From: an uncultured Actinomycetes bacterium
Lineage (GTDB): Bacteria > Actinomycetota > JAICYB01
Direction of reading: 5' to 3'
DNA length: 64,000 bases
NCBI GenBank assembly: GCA_963789445.1
Contig: CAWBKS010000001.1
Location: 2,042,141 to 2,106,140 of the forward strand
Below the pieces are notes generated by a model. It ran no database searches. It was not told where the DNA came from and was given only the letters and a program-made list of their open reading frames with translations. Of the stretch, positions 45,810 through 55,927 are shown piece after piece (positions within the stretch are counted from its first letter, which is position 1; every line of letters starts with the position of its first letter). The position numbers and the translations under genes are program-made.

Positions 45810-46716
45810 CTACTTCAAGTCGTCGACGGCCCGGCGCAGCTCGTCGGGACCGAACGCACCGAGCCAGCGATCCTTGATGACTCCATCGGAGCCGACGAAG
45901 ATGGCCCAGGGCTCAGTTTGGAGCTTCCACTCGGCGAACGCGGGAGCCCATCCGTCCGGCGGCTTGTTCACGGCTTCCTCGTCGTTGCGCCACACCTCGA
46001 CGTGCACGAAGCCGATGTCGTCTCCGACCCTTTCCTTCTGCTCCTCGACGATGTCGACGACCGGCCCGCATGTGCGGGATGTGCAGAACTGAGGCGTAGC
46101 GAACACGAGAACGGCCGGCTTGCCCGACGTGACGGCATCGGCCACCGTCATCTCGTGCATCGAGCATGCAGGATCGCGCGTACAGATGGGCGAAACACCT
46201 CGTGGGTTGTCTTTGGTCGGGCTCTCGGTGGCCAATGCCTTCTGACCGACGCGCGGTGACGGGAACTCGTCGTCCTTCAAAACCTGGAACTGCGCCTTTC
46301 CACGGCCGCCGTCGAAGGAGACCTCGACTCCCCAAATGCCCGGATCGCTGAACTCGTGCCGAAATACGAAGATGTCCGTAACGTCTGTCGGCTCAGATTC
46401 GACCACCGATTCCTCGGCTTATTCGCTGACGGTCGACGTCAATGTCGATCTTTCTCTCGTCCGGAGTGACAACCCTTGCTTCGACGCCTTCCGGAACTAT
46501 TGGGCGTTCTCCGCGGAACACCGCGAAGGCCTGGCGGGAGTCACTGCGCGCTATGAGGACTGGCGTAGTGATTCGGATGTTAATGGCCTGGTTCGGGTCC
46601 GGAGCCTCGGGACCGAGGTCGTCGGCGGTGTCGCCGTCGCTCCCACCTCGAGAGCACGCCCAGGCCAATGCTCCGAGCCCGAGCGCGAGGAATCCACGTC
46701 GATCGATCTTGGACAC
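45810..46716 (-). pseudogene. Tat-signal thioredoxin-fold (redoxin) protein, apparently split by a frame disruption
   Basis: 46393..46716 encodes a twin-arginine signal (DRRGFLALGLGALAWA) plus the start of a beta-rich domain. 45810..46406, one frame over, continues it and carries FATPQFCTSRTCGP (CxxxC redoxin-like). The junction is confined to 46396-46418. The alternative is two ORFs overlapping by 14 nt. Confidence 0.55.
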
Positions 46717-46740
46717 GACAGGCAGGCTACCCCAGGATTT

Positions 46741-47721
46741 CTAATGAACCTCGATAGACGGTCCGCCCACGCGACCCGCAACCCAGGCTGATACGCCCAG
46801 GCCGCTCAGGACCTCGGCCCCCCGGGCGCCCTCGGGCGTGATGACCAGCATCCCGGCCCCCAGGTTGAAGGTTGCGCGCATCTCGTCCTCGGAGATCCCG
46901 CGTTCGGACAGCCAGTCGTAGATGCCCGGGCGCTCCCAGGTCGAGAGGTCGACGTGGGCGCCCAAGCCGTCCGGCAGGGCGCGAGGGAGGTTCCCGCCGA
47001 TCCCGCCTCCGGTCACGTGGACCGCGGCACGCACCTCCACCTCTTCGGCGAGCGCCAGCAGCTTGCGCGCGTAGATCGCGGTCGGCGCTAGCAATCCCTG
47101 CGGTGGATCGTCGTCGCCGAGCACGCGACGCACGAGCGAGAACCCGTTCGAGTGCAGGCCGGTCGCGGCGAGCGCGACGATGTCGTCGTCCTCGCGAACC
47201 TTGTTCGGTCCCCACGTCCGATCAAGGTCGACCACGCCGACGCACGTCCCCATGACTTCGTATGCGCTCGGCGCCAGCAATCCGGGGAGCTGCGCAGTCT
47301 CGCCGCCGACGAGCTCACACCCGGCTTCGACGCAAGCGTCGGCGACGCCGCCGACGATCTCGGCCGCCTCGTCGGGATCTAGTCGCTCGGTCGCGATGCA
47401 ATCGACGAACAACAACGGCTCGGCGCCGCAGCAAACGACGTCGTCCACATTCATCGCGACGCAATCCCATCCGGCCGTGCGATGCAACCCGGCCTTGCGG
47501 AGCAGCTCGATCTTCGTGCCGGTGGTGTCCGTCGACAACGCCAGCGCGGGGCGCCGGTAACCGCGGGAGCCCAGATCCTCGAGTGAGAAGAGTCCCGCGA
47601 AGCCACCGATGTCCTGAGGCGCTTGAGATCGCCGGGTACGGGCGGCCTCAGCCGCGTACCTCGGGATCAGTGCGTCGGCGGCGTCCTGATCGACGCCGGC
47701 TTCGCGGTAGCTCGAGCTCAC
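46741..47721 (-). CDS. purM: Phosphoribosylformylglycinamidine cyclo-ligase (AIR synthetase)
   Basis: 326 aa. Contains YREAGVD, IGGFAGLF, STDTTGTK, LVGGETA and HVTGGG motifs. GTGA overlap with purF. Confidence 0.93.
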   Translation of the reverse strand: MSSSYREAGVDQDAADALIPRYAAEAARTRRSQAPQDIGGFAGLFSLEDLGSRGYRRPALALSTDTTGTKIELLRKAGLHRTAGWDCVAMNVDDVVCCGAEPLLFVDCIATERLDPDEAAEIVGGVADACVEAGCELVGGETAQLPGLLAPSAYEVMGTCVGVVDLDRTWGPNKVREDDDIVALAATGLHSNGFSLVRRVLGDDDPPQGLLAPTAIYARKLLALAEEVEVRAAVHVTGGGIGGNLPRALPDGLGAHVDLSTWERPGIYDWLSERGISEDEMRATFNLGAGMLVITPEGARGAEVLSGLGVSAWVAGRVGGPSIEVH

Positions 47722-49239
47722 TCCCGCTCTAGACCCGGAAGCGTCTCTTCGTTACCGGAAAGAACCGGCAACGGACGGCGCGTGGAGCCGTCGCCGTTAG
47801 ACGAGCCGTTCGGGGAGAGGGGAGCCTCCAGCACACTCTTTGTGCGTGCGGTCTCATCGGGAATCTCGATCGGGTAACCGCCGGAGAAGCATGCGTGGCA
47901 GAAACGCTCGGTGGCGATCCCCGTCGACGTGAGCATCCCGTCGATCGACAGATAGCCGAGAGAGTCGGCGCCTATGAGCTCCCTGATCTGCTCGACATCG
48001 CGATTCGCCCCCACGAGCTCGTCGCGACTTGGGATGTCGATCCCGTAGAAGCACGGCCACTGAACGGGAGGAGAGCTCACGCGCAGGTGGACCTCACGCG
48101 CGCCGGCACGCCTGAGCATGTCCACGACCTCGCGTGTTGTCGTCCCGCGGAAGATCGAGTCGTCCACGACGACCAAGCGCTTGCCTTCGATCACCTCGGA
48201 CATCGGATTCAGCTTCATGCGCACGCCCTGCTCTCGAACCGACTGCGTGGGTTCGATGAACGTGCGCCCGACATACCGATTCACGACTATCCCGTCGGCG
48301 TACGGGAGCCCGGCCCGGTCGGCGTAGCCCTGCGCCGCCGCCGTAGCGCATTGCGGGACCGGGATCACCAGGTCTGCCTCGGCCGGTGCCTCATCGGCCA
48401 GCTGCTTGCCCATAGCTCGGCGCACGGAGTACACGCTACGGCCGAAGAGAGTCGAGTCGGGACGAGCGAAGTACACGAACTCGAAGACGCACAGCCGCGG
48501 AGTCGGCTCGGCCAGCTGGTGGCTGTGGAGCTGACCGTCTTCGTCGACAACCACGAGCTCGCCGGGTTCGACGTCCCGGATGAAGTCGGCGCCGATGATG
48601 TCCAGCGCGCATGTCTCGGAGGCGAAGACCCAGCCACCGTTAGCCGTCCGTCCGATCACCAGCGGGCGGACACCGTGCGGATCGCGAATGGCCATCACGC
48701 GCTTGGAGTCCATGGCCGTGATCGAGTACGCGCCCTTCAGCTTGGGGGCAACGCGCTTCCACGCCTCGACTAGGTCGGGAGTGTCCTGCAGAGCGAGCAA
48801 GGCACAGACCAGATGCGAATCGGTAGTCGACTCGAGCCGTATGTCGGCCTCGGCCAGCTCTGTGGCGAGCTCGAGCGGATTGACGAGGTTCCCGTTGTGA
48901 CCCAGCGCGATCCCGGTGCCGTCCGCGGCGTGTCATGAAGGCGGGTTGGGCGTTCTCTAACATTCCGGACGAGCCGGTTGTCGAGTAGCGCACGTGACCG
49001 ATGGCGATGTGTCCGGCCAGGCCGTCCAGCACCTTCTCGTCGAAAACCTGATTGACCAGACCGAGATTGGAGTAGACGAGTACGTCTTCGCCGTCACCGA
49101 CCGCGATACCGGCCGATTCCTGGCCCCGGTGCTGCAACGCATAGAGGCCGAAGTACGTGAGCTGGCCGACGTCTTCACCTGGAGCGTAGACGCCGAAGAC
49201 CCCGCACTCATCGTGGGGCTTGTCGAACGGCGTGGTCAT
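47718..49239 (-). pseudogene. purF: Amidophosphoribosyltransferase with a single frame disruption in the glutaminase domain
   Basis: The N-terminal frame reads MTTPFDKPHDECGVFGVY...RYSTTGSS...NAQPAFMT and then becomes nonsense. The adjacent frame continues AADGTGIALGHNGNLVN...TDSHLV...VVDDSIFRGTT to the stop at 47718. The switch is at ~48928-48933. Confidence 0.85.
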
Positions 49240-49322
49240 CGGTGGCCTCTAGACAAGGTCTCGTCGTTCGCTTAGCGACAGGGTCAGTCTATCCGCCGTT
49301 GCCCAAGTATTCGGGCCTGTCT

Positions 49323-50069
49323 TCATCGGCGAACATCACCCGGCTGTACGACCTGGCCCGGGAGCCTCAGCTCGCTGGGCTCGACGACCCGGGACAGGGA
49401 CACGATCTCGACCAGGCCCTCGGTCGTCGATCCGCCCCTATCGGTATCGGCCAGGTTGGTCCGGCGGCCCCGTAGAAGGATCCCGTCCTCCGCGTAGCAA
49501 AGCTCGAAGCGGAACCTCTCGGTGGCGGCCGTCGCTTGGGGCGCCGCCGTTCCTTCGTCCTCGCCGGCCGGCACGGCCTCAAAGCACTGCCCCTGCTCTC
49601 CTTCGATCCGTATGGGACGGCCGCTCTTGCGTACAGATGTGAAAGCGGTGGCGTCGAGAGGCGCGTCGAAAAAGGCGTCGAGCTGTGCGTTGCCGAATGT
49701 GCCGCTGGCCACGGGGTCGGCCAGGCACTTGACGCCGACGTCGGGATACGTCGTGCACGCGAAGTCCCCATCGGCGTTCCGGACGAACCAGCTGGTGAGC
49801 GTGATCGGCTCCCCGGTCTCCGGTTGGGTGGTCGTGTCCAGCTTGCGAAGTGAGACGGGCGGGTCCTGAACGATCTCCATGCGTGTGGTCACCGCGCCGG
49901 CCAGCTGACCGGTGACGGTGAAGCGGTAGATAGCGGCGTAGGTCGCATCCGCAGCTTTCGACGAGAGCTGGGAGAGCTCCTCGGCTCCGCCTTGGGGTGA
50001 GTTGTCGAAGATGCAGGACGAAAAGACGAAGACGAACAACAACACCATCACCTTCTGTGGTCGCCTCAT
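49323..50069 (-). CDS. Hypothetical lipoprotein embedded between purL and purF
   Basis: 248 aa with a lipobox-like VFVFSSC after MRRPQKVMVLLF. The start is 4 nt after the purL stop. No family was recognised. Confidence 0.65.
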   Translation of the reverse strand: MRRPQKVMVLLFVFVFSSCIFDNSPQGGAEELSQLSSKAADATYAAIYRFTVTGQLAGAVTTRMEIVQDPPVSLRKLDTTTQPETGEPITLTSWFVRNADGDFACTTYPDVGVKCLADPVASGTFGNAQLDAFFDAPLDATAFTSVRKSGRPIRIEGEQGQCFEAVPAGEDEGTAAPQATAATERFRFELCYAEDGILLRGRRTNLADTDRGGSTTEGLVEIVSLSRVVEPSELRLPGQVVQPGDVRR

Positions 50070-50073
50070 GAGT

Positions 50074-52272
50074 TCAGCGTTCCATCAGAGCTGGGATCGC
50101 CTTCTCGAAGACCTCGATGACTTCATCCAAAGCGATGGCAAGCGCCGGTCCGAACTCCAAGCTCGTGCCGTCGAGGCGTCCGATCGGCTGCGCCGGCACA
50201 CCGAGCTCGGCCGCGCGGGATAGCAGCCGGTCGACTCCATCGGTGGAACACGTGATGAGTGCGCGAGCCGTTGATTCCCCAAAAAGTTGCCAGAGCTCGG
50301 GTTCCGAGTCGAGCTCGATCTGTGCTCCCACGCCCGAACGGATGCAAACCTCCGCTACGGCCACGGCCAGGCCGCCTTCGGAAAGATCGTGTGCGTGCCC
50401 ACCGAGTCCGGTGGTGCCGAGCAGCTTCGATAGCGCAACCTCGGCCCCCAGATCGAGGGCGGGTGCGAGCCCCGCGATCGTGTCGTGGATCACGGCCAAC
50501 GCCTCGCTGCCGCCGAGCTCGGGTTTGGTAGTGCCGAGCAGGACGATGGCATCGCCCGCGCGCCCCGTTGCCGGGCGATGCAAGTAGGCATCGTCGAGGG
50601 CGCCCAGCATCCCCACGATCGTCGTCGGGTGGACGGCACCCTGCGGAGACTCGTTGTAGAAGGACACGTTGCCTCCGGTCACCGGGATCCCGAACGCACG
50701 GCACGCGTCGGCCATCCCACGCACGCTCGCTGCGAAGTCGCCCATGACCTCGGGGCGTTCCGGCGAACCGAAGTTGAGGCAGTTCGTTATCGCTAGAGGA
50801 CGAGCGCCGAGACAAGCGACGTTGCGCGCGGACTCGCACACGGCCAGCGCCCCGCCGATGTACGGATCGAGGGCGCCGATGCGTCCGGGCCCGTCGGTCG
50901 CGAGCGCGATACCCGGCTGACGTTCTTCACCGCGCCTGGTCTCCGGGAGCCGAAGCACGGCGGCGTCCGCCCCGGGTCCCACCAGCGCGTTCAGACGCAC
51001 CATGTGGTCGTACTGCCGCCAGATCCACGCCTTCGACGCGATCGACGGCGACGCGAGCACGCGCACGAGGATCTCTTTCAGAGGAGGCCACGACAGCTCG
51101 AGGGGATCAAGTGAATTCAGCTGCGATCGATTGGCCGTGACGACTGGTCGTTCGTACAAAGGACCTTCGGCCAGAGAAGCAGCGGGGACGTCTGAAAGTT
51201 GCTGGCCCTTGCCGCGCAATACGAGTCGACCGCCTTCGGAGTATCGGGCGACGACGGTGGCGTCCAGTCCCCACTTGTCGCACACCGCGATCGCGCGGTC
51301 GATGCGGTCGGGAGAGATGCAGGCGAGCATGCGCTCCTGGGACTCCGACATGCAGATCTCCCAGGCCTCCATGTCGCCCTCGCGGAGCGGAACGTCGTCG
51401 AGGTTCCCTTCGACACCGAGTCCCGCCGCAGCGGCCGTTTCCGATAGCGCACATGTGATGCCGGCGGCGCCGAGGTCCTGCATGCCGGTGAGCAAACCTT
51501 CTCGCTTCAGCTCGAGGCAGGCTTCGATGAGGAGCTTCTCGGTGAACGGGTCTCCGACCTGAACCGAAGGACGCTTGGCCTCGGCCCCCTCCTCGAACTC
51601 TTGCGAAGCAAGGATGGACGCACCGCCGATGCCGTCGCGTCCGGTCTTGGATCCGATCAGCAAAGCGAGGTCGCCGGCACCGGAAGGAGAAGCACGCAAC
51701 GGCTCGTCGTCTTCGAGGATCCCGACACACATCGCGTTGACGAGCGGGTTACCGGAGTAGGCCGGGTCGAAGATCGCCTCGCCGCCGACCGTGGGAAGTC
51801 CGAGCGAGTTGCCGTACGCAGCGATGCCTCGTACGACTCCGTCGAAAAGGAATCGATTTCGTTCGTCGGACAGAGGTCCGAAACGCAGAGGATCGAGTAC
51901 GGCGATGGGACGGGCACCTAGCGAGAGGATGTCGCGCACGATACCGCCGACCCCGGTGGCCGCTCCCTGGAAAGGCTCGACGGCCGACGGATGGTTGTGC
52001 GACTCCATCTTGAAAGCCACTCGCACGCCGGGCGCGACTTGCACAACGCCGGCTCCCTCACCCGGGCCGAGGACGACCCACGGCGCATCGGTCGGGAGCT
52101 CGCGCAGATGGATGCGCGATGACTTGTACGAGCAGTGCTCCGACCACATGACGGAGTACATCGCGAGCTCGGTGTGCGTAGGCTCGCGCCCGATCACCTT
52201 CTGGATGCGCTCGTATTCCTCGGTGGTCAGACCGAGGGCGGCGTAGAGCGGAGTGGTTTCCGTCGTCACGCG
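50074..52272 (-). CDS. purL: Phosphoribosylformylglycinamidine synthase subunit PurL
   Basis: Start taken at GTG 52272 (VTTETTPLYAALGLT). Contains MWSEHCSYKSS, ESHNHPS and GGNVSFYNE motifs. The longer track ORF is an N-terminal extension. Confidence 0.93.
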   Translation of the reverse strand, partial: RVTTETTPLYAALGLTTEEYERIQKVIGREPTHTELAMYSVMWSEHCSYKSSRIHLRELPTDAPWVVLGPGEGAGVVQVAPGVRVAFKMESHNHPSAVEPFQGAATGVGGIVRDILSLGARPIAVLDPLRFGPLSDERNRFLFDGVVRGIAAYGNSLGLPTVGGEAIFDPAYSGNPLVNAMCVGILEDDEPLRASPSGAGDLALLIGSKTGRDGIGGASILASQEFEEGAEAKRPSVQVGDPFTEKLLIEACLELKREGLLTGMQDLGAAGITCALSETAAAAGLGVEGNLDDVPLREGDMEAWEICMSESQERMLACISPDRIDRAIAVCDKWGLDATVVARYSEGGRLVLRGKGQQLSDVPAASLAEGPLYERPVVTANRSQLNSLDPLELSWPPLKEILVRVLASPSIASKAWIWRQYDHMVRLNALVGPGADAAVLRLPETRRGEERQPGIALATDGPGRIGALDPYIGGALAVCESARNVACLGARPLAITNCLNFGSPERPEVMGDFAASVRGMADACRAFGIPVTGGNVSFYNESPQGAVHPTTIVGMLGALDDAYLHRPATGRAGDAIVLLGTTKPELGGSEALAVIHDTIAGLAPALDLGAEVALSKLLGTTGLGGHAHDLSEGGLAVAVAEVCIRSGVGAQIELDSEPELWQLFGESTARALITCSTDGVDRLLSRAAELGVPAQPIGRLDGTSLEFGPALAIALDEVIEVFEKAIPALMER

Positions 52273-52928
52273 AGGGCCGCGAGTCGGCAGGACTCGACGA
52301 GGGAGCCGAGCACGAGCCGTCCGTCCTCCGAGCCGAGCCACGACTCGGATGCGCGTTCCGGATGCGGCATCATCCCGACGACGTTGCCCGCTTCGTTGGC
52401 CACACCGGCAGCATCACGCCAGGCGCCGTTGGGGTTGTTCATGTAGCGGAGCACGACTCTCGGCTCTGCTCCTTCAGGTGGGGTGAAATTTCCCTCGTAG
52501 TGGTTGATCGGGATCCGCAGCCTCTGGCCCGGACTGCAGGCCCGGGTCGCGACGGTGTCGGTGTCGACGACTTCGAGGTCCGTCCATATACAAAGGAATC
52601 GAAGGCCCTCGTTGCGCCGGAGAGCGCCGGGAACCAGCCCGGCCTCGGCCAGCACCTGGAACCCGTTGCAGATCCCCAGGACGGGAGCCCCCTTGTCGGC
52701 CAGCTCGGCGACCGAAGCCATGACCGGCGAGAACCGGGCTATCGCGCCGGTTCTTAGATAATCGCCGTGCGCGAAACCACCGGGCAGGACGACGGCGTCG
52801 GCGCCGCCCAGGCTGTCGTCGCCGTGCCATGCATAGTCGGCGTCCGCGCCCTCGCGACGCAAGGCGTAGACGACGTCCTGCTCGCAGTTGGAGCCGGGGA
52901 AGACAACGACCGCGACGTTGGGCTTCAA
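52266..52928 (-). CDS. purQ: Phosphoribosylformylglycinamidine synthase glutaminase subunit PurQ
   Basis: TTG 52928 overlaps the purS stop (TTGA). Contains VVVFPGSNCE, GFAHGDYLR, ICNGFQVL (Cys nucleophile) and MMPHPER. Confidence 0.92.
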   Translation of the reverse strand: MKPNVAVVVFPGSNCEQDVVYALRREGADADYAWHGDDSLGGADAVVLPGGFAHGDYLRTGAIARFSPVMASVAELADKGAPVLGICNGFQVLAEAGLVPGALRRNEGLRFLCIWTDLEVVDTDTVATRACSPGQRLRIPINHYEGNFTPPEGAEPRVVLRYMNNPNGAWRDAAGVANEAGNVVGMMPHPERASESWLGSEDGRLVLGSLVESCRLAALA

Positions 52929-53209
52929 GAAGCGTCGACGGGTTCGACGGAAACCGTGTAGCTCTCGATCACAGTGTTGGCGAGGAAGCGCTCGCACATC
53001 TGCTCTACCTGCTCCTTGAGCGCTTCGACCGACGCCCCTTCGACGAGCAGCTCCAGGTGCTTGCCCACACGCACGCCGGACACGTTCTCCCAGCCCATCG
53101 CCGGCAACGAGCGCTCGACGACCTGACCCTGCACGTCCGAGATGCCCGGCTTGAGCATCACGTCGATGCGGGCGATGGCCTTCACGCGAGATCCGTTGGA
53201 CGAAGTCAC
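52925..53209 (-). CDS. purS: Phosphoribosylformylglycinamidine synthase subunit PurS
   Basis: 94 aa. GTG 53209 overlaps the purC stop (GTGA). VMLKPGISDVQGQVVERSL pattern. Confidence 0.85.
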   Translation of the reverse strand: MTSSNGSRVKAIARIDVMLKPGISDVQGQVVERSLPAMGWENVSGVRVGKHLELLVEGASVEALKEQVEQMCERFLANTVIESYTVSVEPVDAS

Positions 53210-54111
53210 GACGCTTTCCTCATGTACTCGTCGAACGACTCGCCGGTGATCCTCTCGTAGGCCTCGCGATAGCGCGCTCGGGTGCCTTCCACGACGTCGA
53301 CGGGGAGCTCCGGGCCCGGATAGGCCTTGTTCCACGACACCGTCTCGGCATAGTCGCGCACGTACTGCTTGTCGAAAGAGGGCGGGTTCGTTCCCGGCTC
53401 CCATTCGTCGGCCGGCCAATATCGCGAGGAATCGGGTGTGAATGCTTCGTCGCACAGCGTGAGCTCGCCGTCGACGAGGCCGAACTCGAACTTCGTGTCC
53501 GCGAGGATGATTCCCTTCGTGGCGGCGAAATCCCTGGCGTCCTCGTACAGACGGATCGAGACGTCGGCGATGCGGTCGACGAGCGCGCCGTCGCCGACGA
53601 TCTCCTTGGCCTGAGCAACCGAGATGTTCTCGTCGTGCCCGGTCAGCGCCTTCGTCGACGGAGTGAACAGCGGCTCGGGCAGCTGCTGGGCCTCGAGGAG
53701 CCCGGCCGGGAGCCGGTAACCGCAGACCTCGCCCGCCTTCTGGTAGTCCTTCCATCCCGAACCGGTGATGTACCCCCGGACGACGCACTCGAGGTTCACC
53801 ATGTCTGCTTTGCGCGTGAGCATGGCGCGCCCGGCTACTTCTGGGGATCGAGCGCCATCGGGGAATGCGCCGGAGCGCCATTCGACCAGATGGTTCGGGA
53901 CGATCTGCCGGGTGCGATCGAACCAGAACACAGAAAGACCGGACAGCACGGCGCCCTTGTCGGGGATCGGAGTGGGCAGGACGACGTCGAAGACAGATAT
54001 TCGGTCCGTGGCGACCATGAGCAGGTGCTCCCCGGCGTCGAATATCTCGCGGACCTTGCCTGAGGCGACGCGGGGAAGGTCGAGCGCGATATCGGAGAGC
54101 GCGACCGTCAC
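53206..54111 (-). CDS. purC: Phosphoribosylaminoimidazole-succinocarboxamide synthase
   Basis: 301 aa. Contains SGKVREIF, ATDRISVFD, ADTKFEFG and DEAFTPDSSRYW motifs. Confidence 0.93.
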   Translation of the reverse strand: MTVALSDIALDLPRVASGKVREIFDAGEHLLMVATDRISVFDVVLPTPIPDKGAVLSGLSVFWFDRTRQIVPNHLVEWRSGAFPDGARSPEVAGRAMLTRKADMVNLECVVRGYITGSGWKDYQKAGEVCGYRLPAGLLEAQQLPEPLFTPSTKALTGHDENISVAQAKEIVGDGALVDRIADVSIRLYEDARDFAATKGIILADTKFEFGLVDGELTLCDEAFTPDSSRYWPADEWEPGTNPPSFDKQYVRDYAETVSWNKAYPGPELPVDVVEGTRARYREAYERITGESFDEYMRKAS

Positions 54112-54188
54112 GCCCCGAGACTATCCGACATAAGGGACTACCCCAGGCCGAGAGGCACGACGGACGAGGCAGGCGCGAACATGGTCCG

Positions 54189-54671
54189 ATGACGAAGCTG
54201 CGGCAGGTCGGTCTGGACTTCCTGGATTCGGCTCCGCGCGTGTACGAATTCGAAGCGATCCTCGATGCGCCGCCGGAACGGGTCTTCGCCGCGCTGAGCG
54301 CACAGCCGACCACTTGGACTTGGTTCCCCGGCGTAAAGGGATTCCCCTATGAGGGGGCCGAGCCGTTCGGCGTCGGAACGAAACGCTCGGTCCGCGCGAC
54401 CGGCGTCACGTATCGCGAGACGATCGTGGCCTGGGACGAGCCGGAGCGCTGGGCTTACCGGATCGACGAGACGACGGCGCCAGTGGCCAAATCCCTCGTC
54501 GAGGAATGGACGATGCAACCGCAAGGGAACGGAGCGCTGGTCCGCTGGCGCTTCGCGATCGACCCCCGGATCATCTTCCGCTTGGGCGGTCCACTCGTCC
54601 GGATCGGCATGCGGGCAATGTTCCGCCGAGCGATGAGCAACCTCGAGCGCACATTGACGACATCGGGCTGA
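54189..54671 (+). CDS. SRPBCC (START/polyketide-cyclase-like) family protein
   Basis: 160 aa. The size and pattern (ILDAPPERVFAAL, WTWFPGV, RWAYRIDE) fit SRPBCC ligand-binding proteins. Confidence 0.7.
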   Translation: MTKLRQVGLDFLDSAPRVYEFEAILDAPPERVFAALSAQPTTWTWFPGVKGFPYEGAEPFGVGTKRSVRATGVTYRETIVAWDEPERWAYRIDETTAPVAKSLVEEWTMQPQGNGALVRWRFAIDPRIIFRLGGPLVRIGMRAMFRRAMSNLERTLTTSG

Positions 54672-54754
54672 CGGGTACGCCGCCGATGCTTTGATTTGGT
54701 GCAGGACACAGGCGAGTCGCATCCTTTTAAGAGATCGCTAACAGGAGGACCAGA

Positions 54755-55312
54755 ATGGACGCAGTCGAACGCATCGAGAAGGCGACACAGGAGGCCTCTA
54801 ACGCCGTCCACGGCGTGAAACCGGACCAGCTCGAACAGCCGACTCCGTGTACGGAGTTCGACGTGCGCGGGCTGCTGAACCACCTACTCGGTGGAATGAA
54901 CATGCTCTCCACGGCGGCGTCCGGCGGCAAGGCGGCGATGCCCGATGGCGATCTTGTCGGCGACGGATCCGAAGTCGGTGCCCGCTACGATGCGGCGCGT
55001 AACAAGCTGCTCGAGGCCATCCGGGAGCCGGGCGTGTTCGACAAGAACTGGGAGATGCCCTTCGGGACTCTGCCCGGACAGATGATGGCCGGCATCGCCT
55101 TCGTCGAGCACACCACGCATGCTTGGGATGTTCGGAAAGCGACGGGACAGGAAACCGCGCTCCCCGACGACCTGGCGCAGGAGGCGCTCGATCTCGTCAC
55201 ACCGATGGACGCGATGTGGCGGATGCCGGGTGTGTGCGGACCGGCCGTTCCCGTGCCGGACGACGCACCGGTCACCGATCGTTTGGTGGGATTCCTCGGC
55301 CGTCAGCCGTAA
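54755..55312 (+). CDS. DinB/mycothiol-dependent maleylpyruvate-isomerase-N-like (TIGR03086-type) protein
   Basis: 185 aa. QLEQPTPCTEFDVRGLLNHLLGG and HTTHAWDVRKATG patterns are typical of the actinobacterial TIGR03086 family. Confidence 0.75.
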   Translation: MDAVERIEKATQEASNAVHGVKPDQLEQPTPCTEFDVRGLLNHLLGGMNMLSTAASGGKAAMPDGDLVGDGSEVGARYDAARNKLLEAIREPGVFDKNWEMPFGTLPGQMMAGIAFVEHTTHAWDVRKATGQETALPDDLAQEALDLVTPMDAMWRMPGVCGPAVPVPDDAPVTDRLVGFLGRQP

Positions 55313-55315
55313 GCG

Positions 55316-55927
55316 TCAGCCGTCGAGGACGGCGGCGCGGATGTCGAGCCACGAGTTGTCCGGATAGGACAGGAACGGGATCCCCAGCTCGCGCGCGGCG
55401 AGCTCATCGTTGTCGTGGTCGCCTACATAAAGGGGCGAGTCGCCGGCTAGCTGCTCGAGCGCACCGCGAACGAGATCGGTCTTGGTGCGGGGATCCATGT
55501 CGTCGTCGCGCGCGTGGAGAGCGTGTATGTGGCCGTTCAGACCGATCGTGCGCAGGACGACCTTCGCGATGAACTTCGGCTTTATCGTCGCCACACCGAC
55601 AGCCACACCGGTGGCTACAAGCTCTGGGATCACCGTCCCTGCGCCCGGCATCGGAACGACGAGGCTCATTCGTTCAGTGTGTGCGGTCTCGAACACCGCG
55701 ATGGCGTCACTCATGCGCGCTTCGGCGATTCCGAGCTCGTTGAGGACCCAGTGCAGCGGGGGGCCGAGCGCGAAGGAAAGGTCGGCATCGGGCTTCAGTT
55801 CGATATCGAAAGCTGCGCACACGATGTGCAGCGACTCGAAGATCGCCGGCGCGGTGTCGGCGATGGTTCCGTCGAGGTCGGAGATCAGGGGTCCCCTGCG
55901 AGGGGCAGCCCGCGCGCTGCGAGGCAC
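55316..55927 (-). CDS. HAD-superfamily hydrolase (phosphoglycolate-phosphatase-like)
   Basis: GTG directly follows the purB stop. Motif I DLDGTIADT and motif IV-like VGDHDNDELAA. Confidence 0.82.
   Translation of the reverse strand: MPRSARAAPRRGPLISDLDGTIADTAPAIFESLHIVCAAFDIELKPDADLSFALGPPLHWVLNELGIAEARMSDAIAVFETAHTERMSLVVPMPGAGTVIPELVATGVAVGVATIKPKFIAKVVLRTIGLNGHIHALHARDDDMDPRTKTDLVRGALEQLAGDSPLYVGDHDNDELAARELGIPFLSYPDNSWLDIRAAVLDG

Noticed and set aside
52925-54313. 462-aa ORF spanning purS and purC
   Set aside because: Only its last 94 codons (purS, from GTG 53209) are meaningful. The upstream part is an Arg/Pro-rich out-of-frame read-through of purC, which is clearly encoded in 53206..54111.
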